A stretch of 64,000 nucleotides of DNA from the IMG/VR virus record IMGVR_UViG_3300044568_003163, positions 1 through 64,000 of that record; one strand, written 5' to 3'. Each line of letters starts with the position of its first letter. The stretch's first letter is position 1. Shown here piece by piece: positions 1 to 12,200 of this stretch. Position numbers and translations under genes: made by a program. The notes under the pieces are model-generated. The model was given only the letters and a program-made list of their open reading frames with translations. It did not search any database and had not been told where the DNA came from.

Positions 1-2976
1 ATAATTGATATTAGAATATTCTGATCTATCTTTTATGATTACTTTAGCTCCTCTAAATAAAGTTTCTGAGAAATTACCATCAGTACCATACTCAAATATT
101 GAATATTTGTAATCTCTAGGAATATCTATTCCATCAATAGTTTCTCGAGTAAAATATGACAAAAAATAATCTTCTTTGATCGATAATAAATTTGCAGTTC
201 CACCGGTTCCACCGGTTAAACCTAAAAAGATTTCACTGCTGCCTAAAGTACCAATCTGTGGGATATTAGGAAAGTACAAATCTTCGTCGAAATAAGAAAA
301 CGAATTTTTCTTTTCGGTAAAACTCATATATGGTGGATATTTCTGTAGGTAATACCATTCATGAGTATAGAATTTAGGATTTCTATTCATCTCATCAAAA
401 GATGGTGAAAAATTACTATACCCGAATGATTGATCGGTATTTAATCGATATCCATTCTCTCTAACGTCGACTGATTCATTATCATATACCCACTTATTAA
501 TAAAAGGAACGACTCTAGAAGACAAAGCAATATCAGACAAAATATTTTCTTTAAGTCTATCATATTCATTCGTAACTAAAATATTCTGATCTAAGAAATC
601 ATCAGATAAACCACTTAGATTAGTAAATCCATTAGCGATAGCGAATGAAGAATTCGGTCCTATTAATGAATCAATATATCCTCTAGAAATATTACCGGTT
701 GGAGCAACTCCAAATCCTATATAACTAAAGGTTGCAGTTGACCCATTAGGTCCTGTCATTCCTAAATACCAATTATATAATGTGTTATATGAGGAATCTG
801 CATTTTTTGCGTAATCAGTACTTAAGAAATCGAAATCAAAATCTCTAATAGGGAAAATCGACAAATAGCCATTACTATTCTTAGATGATTGATATATTGG
901 TATTTGATTAGATGAAGTGAATTCAATATTTTCATTAGTTTCTTGTATACAATAGCTTATGTATTTGTCCCAGTGAAGAAAATCTAAAATTTCACCAAAT
1001 TCGTTATAAACCGGCTCTTCTAAGTATATTGAATAATCACTAATTAAACCAAAACCTTTATTGGTTTTAGTGTAAATTGGATCTGCATCATCATATAATT
1101 CTTGGAAATCCTCAGCATCTATAATAAATCTAGCGTTTGGATTGTCACACCCATTTACAAAATGATATTCGTAGTACTTACCAAAAGTGTCGGTAGATAA
1201 AGATATTGGAGAAGGACGGTACATCTGTTCAATATAATTAACAAAAATATTAGGCTTAGTAAAAGGATATATGTCAGAAGTACTAAAGAAAGAAAATTTA
1301 GATCGATTCCAATTTTCTGAGCTCATACGACTATAAACAATAACCGTATCTCCTCTAGACATAGATTCAAAAGTTACGTGTTCTTTATCATACTCATTTA
1401 TATGATTAATTGCCTTAGATATTGAAGTAGCTATTTGCGAAAAATCGCCGTTGATACTAAACGAATTTCCATTATTTTGACCGGCAATAAGAGAATCATC
1501 GGCAACGATAGTAAAGAAATCTATTACTTGAGATTCAATTGGATTAGTCCAATCAACCTTATTAATTCTAATCTGGTCACCGACAGTAATATCACCAATT
1601 ACGCTAAAAGAAAAATTAGGTCTACCTTTAAATTGAGTAGGTGTTGCATGTATATATTTTAATGGATCTCCAAAACCGCTGAAATTTTTCCAATCGACAG
1701 TTTTATCTTTTATTCTTAGGAATTTTCCATCTGAAATTGAGGTACTACCACTAATAGAATAAGTAGAAGTCCAACCTATCGATGAATTAATTGAATAAAA
1801 ATTGTTCTTTATATCTTTTACGTAAGGAAATCTAGGATTTTGGGTTTCACTCCATGTTATTAATCTACCTTCATATATACCGGTTCCTCCTGCATTTAAC
1901 TTAGGATAAATTTTTATCCCTTTATTGTTAGTTTGTATTTGTGTTTCATCGTTAGCCGAATATCCGATGTTATCGTAGAATGGAGTAGGCAATTGCTCAT
2001 ATTCGAAATTTCTATCATTAAATAATCTACTACCGTCTATTTCGAATTTACCTAATTCGGCTTCAGATACGTACATACCAAAATATCTGCTAAATTTAAA
2101 ATCTTCTTGGTTTAAATCGTCAAATAAAAATTCTAAATTTAAAATATTAGGATGTACTACTCCATGATTTTGAAATCCTAAGGTTAGGAAATCATCGCTT
2201 TCAGTTACAGTCTTATCTACTAAAACATAATCTATATAAATATCCTGAGACATTTTGCAAAACCCTCCGTAATCATATGAAATTCCTTGCCAATACGACA
2301 AATCGTTTTTCTCTATTGACGCATAAATAGAAGATTCTGGAAATAAAGGATCTTGAACATGATTTCTGATATATCTACCAATATTAGTCTTATCTGTTAA
2401 ATCAAAAGTTTTAATTATTTTAGAATTTTTGATATAATTTTTAAAGAAATTAGCTGGATTTTTTACTAAGTCATCTAAATATTTAGAATTATCTAGATTG
2501 ATAGAAAGATTTGCTTGTAACTCAGCATCATAATCGATACTAACAGGTCCTTCTAATTTAAAAATCACAAAATAATCAGGGATATTATCTCTCTCAGCCC
2601 ATAAAGGCGAGAATATAGAAAACTCTTCGCTATATATACGAGAAACTTTAGGTTGCATACCCATACAATATGTAAAATCGTATTGGTCTTTGTATCGATC
2701 TTTAACTTGTAATGACAAGTCCTTTTCGTAGACAGTATATGCAATAGTTTTGGGTAATGGTGTAGATCCTTGATCGTAGAATCTTTTTATGTCATTTGAA
2801 TACGATCCACCAGTTACATTAAATCCTTTATATATCGATTTTGACAATAATGGATCTGCATCAATAGACTCTAAAAACACTTGGTTTTTAGAGTCAGCAA
2901 TGATTTTTATATTTGTAGTTAATTTAGGATTTGTTCTAATTAATCCAAACGAAGTTCTTTTAAGTATTTCTGACAT
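1..2976 (-). CDS. Large putative virion structural (baseplate/tail) protein, truncated at the left window edge (>=992 aa)
   Basis: Not in the ORF track. Manual translation from ATG at 2976 gives MSEILKRTSFGLIRTNPKLTTNIKIIADSK..., and the same frame is open at positions 1-60 (the middle was only spot-checked). Follows the structural genes; contains GMTGPNGSTAT and GFTGGTGGTA motifs. Confidence 0.75.
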   Translation of the reverse strand, partial: MSEILKRTSFGLIRTNPKLTTNIKIIADSKNQVFLESIDADPLLSKSIYKGFNVTGGSYSNDIKRFYDQGSTPLPKTIAYTVYEKDLSLQVKDRYKDQYDFTYCMGMQPKVSRIYSEEFSIFSPLWAERDNIPDYFVIFKLEGPVSIDYDAELQANLSINLDNSKYLDDLVKNPANFFKNYIKNSKIIKTFDLTDKTNIGRYIRNHVQDPLFPESSIYASIEKNDLSYWQGISYDYGGFCKMSQDIYIDYVLVDKTVTESDDFLTLGFQNHGVVHPNILNLEFLFDDLNQEDFKFSRYFGMYVSEAELGKFEIDGSRLFNDRNFEYEQLPTPFYDNIGYSANDETQIQTNNKGIKIYPKLNAGGTGIYEGRLITWSETQNPRFPYVKDIKNNFYSINSSIGWTSTYSISGSTSISDGKFLRIKDKTVDWKNFSGFGDPLKYIHATPTQFKGRPNFSFSVIGDITVGDQIRINKVDWTNPIESQVIDFFTIVADDSLIAGQNNGNSFSINGDFSQIATSISKAINHINEYDKEHVTFESMSRGDTVIVYSRMSSENWNRSKFSFFSTSDIYPFTKPNIFVNYIEQMYRPSPISLSTDTFGKYYEYHFVNGCDNPNARFIIDAEDFQELYDDADPIYTKTNKGFGLISDYSIYLEEPVYNEFGEILDFLHWDKYISYCIQETNENIEFTSSNQIPIYQSSKNSNGYLSIFPIRDFDFDFLSTDYAKNADSSYNTLYNWYLGMTGPNGSTATFSYIGFGVAPTGNISRGYIDSLIGPNSSFAIANGFTNLSGLSDDFLDQNILVTNEYDRLKENILSDIALSSRVVPFINKWVYDNESVDVRENGYRLNTDQSFGYSNFSPSFDEMNRNPKFYTHEWYYLQKYPPYMSFTEKKNSFSYFDEDLYFPNIPQIGTLGSSEIFLGLTGGTGGTANLLSIKEDYFLSYFTRETIDGIDIPRDYKYSIFEYGTDGNFSETLFRGAKVIIKDRSEYSNINY

Positions 2977-3036
2977 ATTAAGTTATTTATTCAATCCATT
3001 CTCGTAATACTCATCCTTCATAGGATATTTGTATTA

Positions 3037-6000
3037 TTATTTAGAAGTAGATGAACCGCTTCTAATAGTCTGGTCTCGTGAAGTTGTTGGTGTTACCACC
3101 TTTATTGTTTTCGTAAGGTCATCTAATGCAGTTTCGAAAGTTCTTGAAGGAATATCCTTAGTGATTACTGATTTAGAGTAATATCTAGCAGTAACTTCAA
3201 CATCAAACGAAAATCTTTCTTTATCTAGAGGATTAGGGTATATATCAATTCCAATAGTTTTAGTATATTCTAAATTTGTTCCACTATTAGAAGTTGGATC
3301 TCCTTTTACATTACCTAAACCTAAGTCACCAACTCCAAAATAATCTGTCATTCGATATTGGAAAGTTATTGGTATAGATATCGAATTAGTATTTCCGAAT
3401 TTAATGTCTTTGTAAGATATTGCATCATCTCCATTAACTCTCATATCAATATGAGAATTTGGATTGATGAATAAATAAGCACCAACTGATTTAGGTCCTA
3501 GTAAAAATTGGTCATTGACATCAAAACCAATTTTACAATTAATCAAGCTTGAAGGATCTTTGTAATATGCGTTTTGTGTATTTGAACCGGTAGAACCCTT
3601 AACGATATTACCTAATATAGAATTTCTTACTAATGAAGGTACCGTTGTACTATTTATAGTTAAAGGAGTAACTCCAGTTGCAATCCAATCTGCGATATCA
3701 GGATGTTTTACGTGTACTTGTATATTATTTATTAATGCAGATTGTACAGCTGCAAGAGAATATGATACTACATCACTTAGACCTGTTCCACCTTTCCATA
3801 TAAAATCAGTAGTTGGATTACCGTTGGCTAATCCAGTTAATGTAGATAAATTAGTAGTCCATTCAAGTTGAGTCGATGTAGAAACTAGATTACCGGATAA
3901 ATCTAATATTTGATATGATGAAGCAGCTCCATCAATAGCACTATATAAAGCTCGAGTTCCATCTACTGAAGTATATCTAGAATTAATAAATTGACCCATT
4001 ACTTGAGTAGATTGATATGGAGTATTTCTAATGAATCCATAATTTAAAACATCATTAGCATCTGGATTTGATAAACCTAAAGGAACATAATCATATCTTC
4101 TTAAGCGATTATAATCTACGTCACTATTACTATATGTTAAGTTTGTAGGTTCTAATGTATTACTTGAATTTACAACCGAGAATCTAGATCCATACATTCT
4201 AGAATACAATTCTAGAAATGATGCAGCTTCGTTAGAAATCTTAATAAAGTAATTTTTAGATATAATAACACCCTTTTTAATTGGTAATGATGCAACCTGA
4301 TCTCTATAATTACCGGCAAATAATCTAACGGTTGAATTCTTCTGAACTGAGTATTCTTGTCCAGCATCATCAACAATAATAACTGATATAGCACCTTTAG
4401 CATTTGCAATAAGACCTCTAAGATTTTGAATTTCTAAATCCATAGAGTTTAATTTATCAAATAGCGTTATAATATTGTTTTCTGGTGTTAAAAACCCTGA
4501 AGCAACGTGAATTGCATCGGTAGTAAAGAATTTTCCATTTTGAGTTAAAGTTTGTTGTGAAACTTTATCCAAATTCATATTAGTTAAATCAGATTTTACC
4601 TGAACTCTAATCTGATCCATTTTAGCTTGCTCAAGAATATCTTTAGTATCTGGTATCGATTCAAATTCGGCTGGAAAATCGATTCTAACTATTTCTGACC
4701 ATTCAGATTCAATAGTAGTTACTGGCCAACCGGCTTCAGATATAGATTTTACTCTAAACTCAATACTTTCTCCAGCTTGAATAGGAAAATCAATTTGATT
4801 GATATTTATTGCATCGGCATTTTCTACATCTTCTACTGCCCAATAAGCTTTTCTTGAAGTAGGATTAATGTCACGTTTTCTTACAGGAGATTTATATTCG
4901 TTCCAGGTTGAAAATGTTCCTCTTCTAACTACACCATTGTTATCTACAAATTGTAATTGTTGTGGTTGATTGGCTGATCCATCTTTCTTAACATATCGAT
5001 ATTGCGTAACAAATTGAATAACTTCTTGAGGTTCTGTTCTATCTGATTTTTGTGCAACTGGCATAGGAAAAAATCCTCTAACTCTATATTTAGGAGCAGT
5101 ATCAATCGATTTTACTGTAGATAGTTTTGTTATATCCTCAACGATAGATGCATGTAAAGAAGAGTTAGTACTTCTATCATCAACTAATTTAGATAATTTA
5201 CTATTGTCAGTATCTTGTAATTTTTGTGACGAATATTTAGTTGTTTGTACTTTAGTTTTAACTTCGGTGATAGATTTATCTAATGCAGTTAATTGAGATT
5301 GGATTCTCAATTTATCTGATTGTAAACTTTTAATTTTTATAGCATTACCACTAGAAGTAATATGATCGTTTATAGGAAGTACTTGAAAATTCCCAGTAGA
5401 AACTAAAGGTGGAGTAGGCTGAACTGCAAAAGTAGAAGGAGGAGTTTTATCCTTAACTGTTGAGTATAAGTATGCACCAAAATCTACAACTTCATTTTGA
5501 TAGAATGTAGATAAAGCCATAGAATTACCAGTTGCCGGATCTATGATTCTTAAACTATTTGTATAAAGACCAACACCAGGAGACCAATTAACTGATTGAA
5601 TTCTAGAATCTGGATCGATAGGTTTCACGAAAATTACACAATATTCGTTGAATCCGATAGACACATTAGCAAATACATCAGATTTATCTTCGCCATAAAA
5701 AGTAAGAACATCCTTACCGATAGTTATGTTATCAAAACCTTCAATTAATTTAACCGCAACAGTTCTCGTAGAAGCATCAACTTGTAATATTTCGAATCTA
5801 GTATTCTGTCTTCCGGAATTAATTACAAGAGAATCACCTATTTTTAAAGATTGAGTTCCTAAATATTTAGATTGATTATCATTGTATGTTAATTTATCTA
5901 ATTGTACTCTAAGTACTCTATTTTGAACGCTAGCTCCATTTATAATTGAAGTTAGTGTATCATCGAATACATTTGTTACTGTATATTTACCAGAATATCT

Positions 6001-6621
6001 TAATGTTCTAGGAGGCATATCTACTACATCTTTATCTAAAAAGAAAGTAATTCCATAATCAATCAAGATTTTAGAGAAATCTGCAAATTTGATATTTGAC
6101 TTAGCCGAAAATCTAGAGTTAAATAATTTAAGCTTTGCTGGAGTATCAAGATTCAATATGTATCTTGCAACTTCGATTTTTTCAGTTTCATATTTTACCT
6201 GTCCGGTAAGATTAAATGAAACATATAGCAAAGGATTTAAGAATGATTCAAAAAACCAATTTTCTTTCTTATTGAAAGTTGTAGGTACTGGCATAGTTTG
6301 AATATCTTCAGCTTCTTTTAATAAAGAAGAAACTAAGATTTTTCTAAATGAACCGTCAGATAATTGAACTGATGTAGATGAATCACCTACTGCAGTTAAA
6401 CTTTTGATATTGTTCTCCATTTGAACCATTTGATTCTTAAGAGCTCCGTATGAAGGAATGTATACTTTTTGTATAGTTCCTGTACTATCCATTACATCTA
6501 CTTCGACAGTATCTGAATTAGAAGAAACTACATCAGATAGCTTCGTAATAATTTGATATCCGTTGTTTTGTAACTTTAAAAGATTGTTTAGAAGTGTTGT
6601 TAATGAGTATTTCGTATCCAT
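3037..6621 (-). CDS. Large structural protein (1194 aa) with central coiled coil and FN3-like segment
   Basis: Long ORF in the tail/baseplate operon; coiled-coil-like stretch at about aa 430-500; FN3-like EFRVKSISEAGWP...SEWSEIVRIDF. Confidence 0.6.
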   Translation of the reverse strand: MDTKYSLTTLLNNLLKLQNNGYQIITKLSDVVSSNSDTVEVDVMDSTGTIQKVYIPSYGALKNQMVQMENNIKSLTAVGDSSTSVQLSDGSFRKILVSSLLKEAEDIQTMPVPTTFNKKENWFFESFLNPLLYVSFNLTGQVKYETEKIEVARYILNLDTPAKLKLFNSRFSAKSNIKFADFSKILIDYGITFFLDKDVVDMPPRTLRYSGKYTVTNVFDDTLTSIINGASVQNRVLRVQLDKLTYNDNQSKYLGTQSLKIGDSLVINSGRQNTRFEILQVDASTRTVAVKLIEGFDNITIGKDVLTFYGEDKSDVFANVSIGFNEYCVIFVKPIDPDSRIQSVNWSPGVGLYTNSLRIIDPATGNSMALSTFYQNEVVDFGAYLYSTVKDKTPPSTFAVQPTPPLVSTGNFQVLPINDHITSSGNAIKIKSLQSDKLRIQSQLTALDKSITEVKTKVQTTKYSSQKLQDTDNSKLSKLVDDRSTNSSLHASIVEDITKLSTVKSIDTAPKYRVRGFFPMPVAQKSDRTEPQEVIQFVTQYRYVKKDGSANQPQQLQFVDNNGVVRRGTFSTWNEYKSPVRKRDINPTSRKAYWAVEDVENADAININQIDFPIQAGESIEFRVKSISEAGWPVTTIESEWSEIVRIDFPAEFESIPDTKDILEQAKMDQIRVQVKSDLTNMNLDKVSQQTLTQNGKFFTTDAIHVASGFLTPENNIITLFDKLNSMDLEIQNLRGLIANAKGAISVIIVDDAGQEYSVQKNSTVRLFAGNYRDQVASLPIKKGVIISKNYFIKISNEAASFLELYSRMYGSRFSVVNSSNTLEPTNLTYSNSDVDYNRLRRYDYVPLGLSNPDANDVLNYGFIRNTPYQSTQVMGQFINSRYTSVDGTRALYSAIDGAASSYQILDLSGNLVSTSTQLEWTTNLSTLTGLANGNPTTDFIWKGGTGLSDVVSYSLAAVQSALINNIQVHVKHPDIADWIATGVTPLTINSTTVPSLVRNSILGNIVKGSTGSNTQNAYYKDPSSLINCKIGFDVNDQFLLGPKSVGAYLFINPNSHIDMRVNGDDAISYKDIKFGNTNSISIPITFQYRMTDYFGVGDLGLGNVKGDPTSNSGTNLEYTKTIGIDIYPNPLDKERFSFDVEVTARYYSKSVITKDIPSRTFETALDDLTKTIKVVTPTTSRDQTIRSGSSTSK

Positions 6622-6623
6622 TT

Positions 6624-8693
6624 TTATCTTATTATGTCTATATTAAATGTGTATCGATTTCCATCAGTACACGTAATTTCTATTATTGGTTTGTTTGTTA
6701 TTTGCATTGATGCATCCATAGAACCTATTATTACTCCGTAAATTCCATTACCTAATCGATTTTTAGCATCGGTTCTAATGTATATAGTCTTACCTGCAAA
6801 ATCGACAGGATCTGCAAAAACTATCTTAAAAGTTTGACCCGTTTTCCAAAATATTGGATAATCTTGGATGTTGATTATTACACTATCTTGAAAAACTTCA
6901 ATTCCATTTACTATATTTGGATGAGATGTATTAAGTTGACGATAATAATTAGAAAACTCTCCTAAAGTTAATACGTTGTTTAAATATGTATCAGTTGGAT
7001 CTATTCCATTTGCATATGTTGTTCGTAAACTTCCTAATGGGTTTATTGTATTTATCGTATTTCTACATTGTGAAAATGTAGAAACTCCTTGAATTCTATT
7101 ACTTAATGTTATTTGATTAGGTACAGTTCTATCTAAAAATACTCCAGCTCCTTGTTTAAGAACGTCTGTATTATATGTTAAATTGACTGACAAATTACCG
7201 GAAAGTAACTTATTGATATTATCTGCATTTACGTTAATCAAATCTAGCAATGTTGTACTAGAAGAAAATGCAAGTTTAGCATTATTAAGACTAGATTCTA
7301 GTGCAGATAATCTTTGAGATAAAGTTGTAAGTTCTTCTTGAGTAAAATAGAAATTTTCTAGATTACGTAATCTATCTTTGATTGTAATGATTTCTAATTC
7401 TGAGTCGATAAACATTGCAGCAGCTTCTTGTAAACGAGTCGATGCATCAATGAATAAATCCATCGAGAAAGTATTGTAATCGTTTATGAGAGTTTCTACT
7501 CCTGCATTTTCTACAGTTGAATCGAATTTAATGTCAATTTTTAAACTATAACTATTACCATTAAGTTTAGTAATCTTATTTGGCTTATATTTATCAAATC
7601 TTTTGATGTAGCTATTACCAACTCCAGAGTTAACATAATCGTCTAAAATTAAAACTCCATATAAGTTAGTAGCCTTTTGACTTGAATTTGAAGCCGAATA
7701 TGAATCATAATAAACCAAAGCTGCGTTAAAAGAAAAATCAGGAGCAGCATCAGTACCGTTAAATTCGTCAATTGTAGATATTGTACCATCGTTAACAATA
7801 GGAGAATAGTTATTAGCGTCAAAATCTAAAATAATACCATCCATACGAGAAAGTAAAACTGGTTTAGATGATCCGGCAGCAGGTAATGCTACGAATCCTG
7901 ACCAATTTGCAGTTGACCCGAAAGTAGAATATGTATTATACGATAAACTTTGATCGTCATCGTAGTATGCTCTTAAATCTAAACCGCTAGGATGAACTGA
8001 TGATATATTTCTACCGGTGATATAAGTTTCACCATTAGTCCAAATTCTATTTGGAGCATAATTGTTATCTTCGTAAGTTTTCCATAAAACCACTGGAGTA
8101 CCTCCATGATTAGTAGGAATATTTATGTAAATTTCAGAATATGCATCACCACCTCTAGAAACGTTATTAACAATATCAATATCACCAATATATCTAACTA
8201 CTTTGTTATAATATTGAGTTGGATCTTCTTCCGTATATCGAAAATTGGTAGTAGATTCGGCAACCGATGCATCACGAAAACGCATTGCATTTAATTGAGT
8301 CATCCACTTCCAAAATATTCTTTCTGCTACGGTATAGGTTTGACTAGGATCGTAAGGTTTAACTATTGTATTAGTACCTTGACGTATTTCCTCTTCAAAA
8401 TTAAGTACATAATTTTGAAAAGACTCGGCTATATTTATGTTATTATCAACTGATAAAGCAGGTACAGAAGAAGTTCCTCCTGTCAATACACCACCAATAC
8501 CTTCCCAAACTACGTAATTTTCGTTGTTGCTTGAAGGAGTAGCTACATCCGGAATATTAAGAAGAGCAAATTTAGAGAAAACAAATCTTGCATCGTCATC
8601 AGTAAAAGTCTTTTGGATATCAGCTACTGCAGACGAAAATGTATAGAATGTCCCTCCAGATATTCTAAGAGGATTAATTAACGGTGTTGCCAT
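6624..8693 (-). CDS. Putative virion structural protein (689 aa) with C-terminal coiled coil
   Basis: Tightly packed in the structural operon; heptad-like region LEIITIKDRLRNLE...LSQRLSALESSLN. Confidence 0.55.
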   Translation of the reverse strand: MATPLINPLRISGGTFYTFSSAVADIQKTFTDDDARFVFSKFALLNIPDVATPSSNNENYVVWEGIGGVLTGGTSSVPALSVDNNINIAESFQNYVLNFEEEIRQGTNTIVKPYDPSQTYTVAERIFWKWMTQLNAMRFRDASVAESTTNFRYTEEDPTQYYNKVVRYIGDIDIVNNVSRGGDAYSEIYINIPTNHGGTPVVLWKTYEDNNYAPNRIWTNGETYITGRNISSVHPSGLDLRAYYDDDQSLSYNTYSTFGSTANWSGFVALPAAGSSKPVLLSRMDGIILDFDANNYSPIVNDGTISTIDEFNGTDAAPDFSFNAALVYYDSYSASNSSQKATNLYGVLILDDYVNSGVGNSYIKRFDKYKPNKITKLNGNSYSLKIDIKFDSTVENAGVETLINDYNTFSMDLFIDASTRLQEAAAMFIDSELEIITIKDRLRNLENFYFTQEELTTLSQRLSALESSLNNAKLAFSSSTTLLDLINVNADNINKLLSGNLSVNLTYNTDVLKQGAGVFLDRTVPNQITLSNRIQGVSTFSQCRNTINTINPLGSLRTTYANGIDPTDTYLNNVLTLGEFSNYYRQLNTSHPNIVNGIEVFQDSVIINIQDYPIFWKTGQTFKIVFADPVDFAGKTIYIRTDAKNRLGNGIYGVIIGSMDASMQITNKPIIEITCTDGNRYTFNIDIIR

Positions 8694-8709
8694 TTAAAAT
8701 TTTGTTTTA

Positions 8710-9282
8710 TTATAGAGTAGTTGCTCCAGTAGCAGAAATCTTATACCAAGTACCAGTTGCTCCAGCACCAGTAGTAGTTCCTACGCAATAAGCAAGAACA
8801 TTTTGAGTAGTATCATAAACTAATGAACCTAATTCTGGATTTTGAATAGTTCTAATGATTGCAGTAGTTTGTCTAGGTAGAATTGCAGCACTAAGATTAC
8901 CTGTTGCAGTACCACCAGTAGCACCAGCAAAATCTATGAAATATGTAGTAGCACCACCACCTAATTGTTTTAAGCTTCTTTTAATTCTACATCCAGAGTT
9001 TGGTCCAAATTCTAAGAATCCATTAGATCCAACTTTTAGATTACCTTGATAAGCAACGATATCTCCAGTCGTAGATGAAATTTCACCAAGAGTAGTTATG
9101 GATCCAGTGTTGATTTTAGGATTAGATCCAAATGTTGCATTGTCAAAATATCCAGTAGATATGTTAACCATTTGAAGTACGGAATTCAATGCATCGCTTA
9201 AAGTAGAGAAATTATCATTGATTGTAATTCTGGTAGCTGCGATTGAATCAGTACCATTGATTGTTGTTAATTGTATTGCCAT
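8710..9282 (-). CDS. Gly/Thr-rich small tail/baseplate-associated protein
   Basis: N-terminal DSIAATRITINDNFSTL resembles fibre-attachment segments; GATG/GTATG motifs; operon context. Confidence 0.5.
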   Translation of the reverse strand: MAIQLTTINGTDSIAATRITINDNFSTLSDALNSVLQMVNISTGYFDNATFGSNPKINTGSITTLGEISSTTGDIVAYQGNLKVGSNGFLEFGPNSGCRIKRSLKQLGGGATTYFIDFAGATGGTATGNLSAAILPRQTTAIIRTIQNPELGSLVYDTTQNVLAYCVGTTTGAGATGTWYKISATGATTL

Positions 9283-9285
9283 TGT

Positions 9286-12200
9286 TTAGACGATTTTTAT
9301 TAGTTCTTGTTTTTTAATTGTTTTCTTATTACCATTAGAATCCTCAATAGTTAAAGATAATGAATAACTACCTCGTAATGTAAACATATATGAGAAATAT
9401 GGATTATTGTAATATATATCCTCAAACGAAGTATCATCATCCTTTTGTAGCAACCAAGTGAAATTAGTTTTACCTACCATCTTAGATGAATCATATGTAA
9501 AGTTAACTGAAGTTAATATTGGTAATTCTTGTTGATATTTTAAAATTCTAATGTCATTCCATGAAGGATTTTTAATAAGTGATCGACCCATCCAAGTACC
9601 TTTTACTCCGGTTCCATATGTAGTATTAATAGTTTGAGGTTCAGTAAATCTTTTAGCAACTCCTTGAATTTTAACTTCAGAAAACGAGCTAGGTCCTGTA
9701 CCACCGGTCCAACCAGCAGCACCATAAACCATATTATAAACAAAATCACCTATTACCGGTAAAGCCTGAGCAGTTGCACCATTTAATTCTTTAACTAATT
9801 TACTTAAAGAAGTAGCACCAATTACGTACTCGTAAGAGGCAGTAGCACCTTCGTTGTATTGTACCGTAAATGTAGCTCCTGTACTTCCTGAAGGAATTTG
9901 ATATATTTCAAAATGAGTAGGAATATCTCCTAAATATCCAAAATATTGAGTATCATAAGAATTAGTTTCACCTATTAAATTATTGTAACCTATTCTATGT
10001 CTACCATATTTATCAAATCCCACTGATGCAGCTTTAACATATGGAATTAATGCATTTGTTGCATCATATTCTTCGTTATAGTAATATATGAAGTCTTTGA
10101 ATAACTTACTAGTAGGAGCAAATGTATTTAACGCATCTACGATCGATATCATATTATCTTTGTCGTTTCCACCAATTGGAAAGTTTACTTTTACTACTTC
10201 TAATTCATCCGATACTAAATTCCAAAGGGTTCCATCATTAACAAAAGTAGTATCTAAAGAAGCTACATATGCTATATCACCAGTTGTACCAGCTATCGTT
10301 GTACTAGTAGGTCCAGTCCATCCAGTAGGTCCTACTTCATAATATTTATTGTTACTTAAGTTTAATGTCGAGTTAGCCCTAGTCATCCATATCGTACCAC
10401 TAGTTGCACCTATTCCAGTTGTACCAGTTATCTTCCATTCAGTTATTCGTGTTCCTGTATTGTCCCACCATAAATGATATGCATCGTCCCAAGTAGGAAT
10501 ATTTCCTATTAGATTAAATCGATAAGGATAACGATCAACTAAAGGATTGTCTATTGGATTAATCATTGTTTGATAGAATTCAATTGAATCTAAAGAATTA
10601 CCTGTAATTTCTGCCATTTCGATAGCTTCATTAGGTTGTAAAGGTAAATCCCAATTAGATGCATATTCATCCCATGTAAGAAATTGATTAGGTGTTGGAA
10701 TTTGCCACTGACTGCCTGAACCTACTTTGTTAGTAGCTTCTATATTTTGAACTTGACGTCTAATATCATCAAATGTATAATCTAATTCTCTTTTTGTGTA
10801 CCATCCTATGAAATCAGCTTCTTTAGCTTCAACTTCTATTTGTTGCATGTTAGATGTATATGCTTGGTTATTAAATAAATCCCATAGCCTAAGCTCTACA
10901 TCATATTTACCAACATAAGGCAAATTTGTTGCAAATTCATTTATTTCATATATAGTCTTTGGTCCAGTATCTAATCGATAAGCCGGTGTTTCATCTTCAG
11001 ATTTACTAATAATCCATTGCATTTCATGGTAACCCATATATCCTATATTTTCCCATGAATATGTAAATTGATGAGGATAATTATTAGAAGGAAATCCAGT
11101 TACTCCAATCGTTATAGGATTAATAATACTCGTCGAACCAGTCCAACCTATTACTTCAAATGAATTGTTAAATTGAGAATATAGAGTAGAGAATGTCGAG
11201 CCTATTGAATCTACTTGATTAAAATTTGCATCTGCATTATCCCATGTAATATCGAAAGTTTTATTTTTTAATATGACCGGAAATCCAATAGGAATATTAG
11301 CATCATCGGAAAGACCACTAACTGGTAAATTCATATCTTCAAAAAATCCTACATACGCAGTATTGTATAAAGACACAGGTGGACCTGCAGCACCATAAGT
11401 TCCAGTTGCACTTGATATTATTGCCGGAATATTTAATTGACTACTAGGATATGTTGAAGGGAATCCAGTTAAAACGCTACATACGAAACTTATTTCAGGT
11501 GCAGTAGCAGAAGTTGCTCCAGGAACAGGACCTCTAGAAACTATTCGAACCCATCCAGGATTATCTAATTCTGGATACGCATATACATTAGCCTGTATAA
11601 ACTCTATATCTTGTTGATTATTATAAACGCTATATGTTGGATTATTTATGGATTTAGCTAATCTAGCGCAAATTTCCTCTTCAGAGATATCGTTTGTACT
11701 TCTTCGTGGATCGTGAAAATAAAAATCATATCCACCAACATATGAATTAGATCCGACAGTATATACTATCTCAGTAGATATTGCCTGATTTGCATTTGTT
11801 ATAATATTTGAGTTTACATGAAATCTCCAAACTAAATAGTTAGAATAACCAGCAGCACTCACATCAGGACCTATTGGTGCTCCTAAAAATTGAAGAGCAC
11901 GTAGGTCTTGAATATAACCTTTTTCGCTAGGATATACCTCATATTTAGGATGAATTCCCATAGAAATCGAATCAATTCGATTTCGAGATATAACATTGTT
12001 AATTTTATATTGTGCAAAGAATATAGCTTCTCCGGTTATATCTACAATTTGAGTATTTATTGGTAAGAAGTATTGTATTAATTTCTTTTTTAGGGCAAAT
12101 ATTTTAGTAAGAACTTCTTCAGGAGTAAATGTATAAACTTCTTCAACTATAGGAAGACCGTCATCATCATATTCCCCAGATTCTACAGTTATATCATAAA

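Noticed and set aside
2983-3021. 12-codon minus-strand ORF MKDEYYENGLNK between two structural genes
   Set aside because: Too short, with no supporting signal; probably intergenic sequence carrying an AATAAATA motif.
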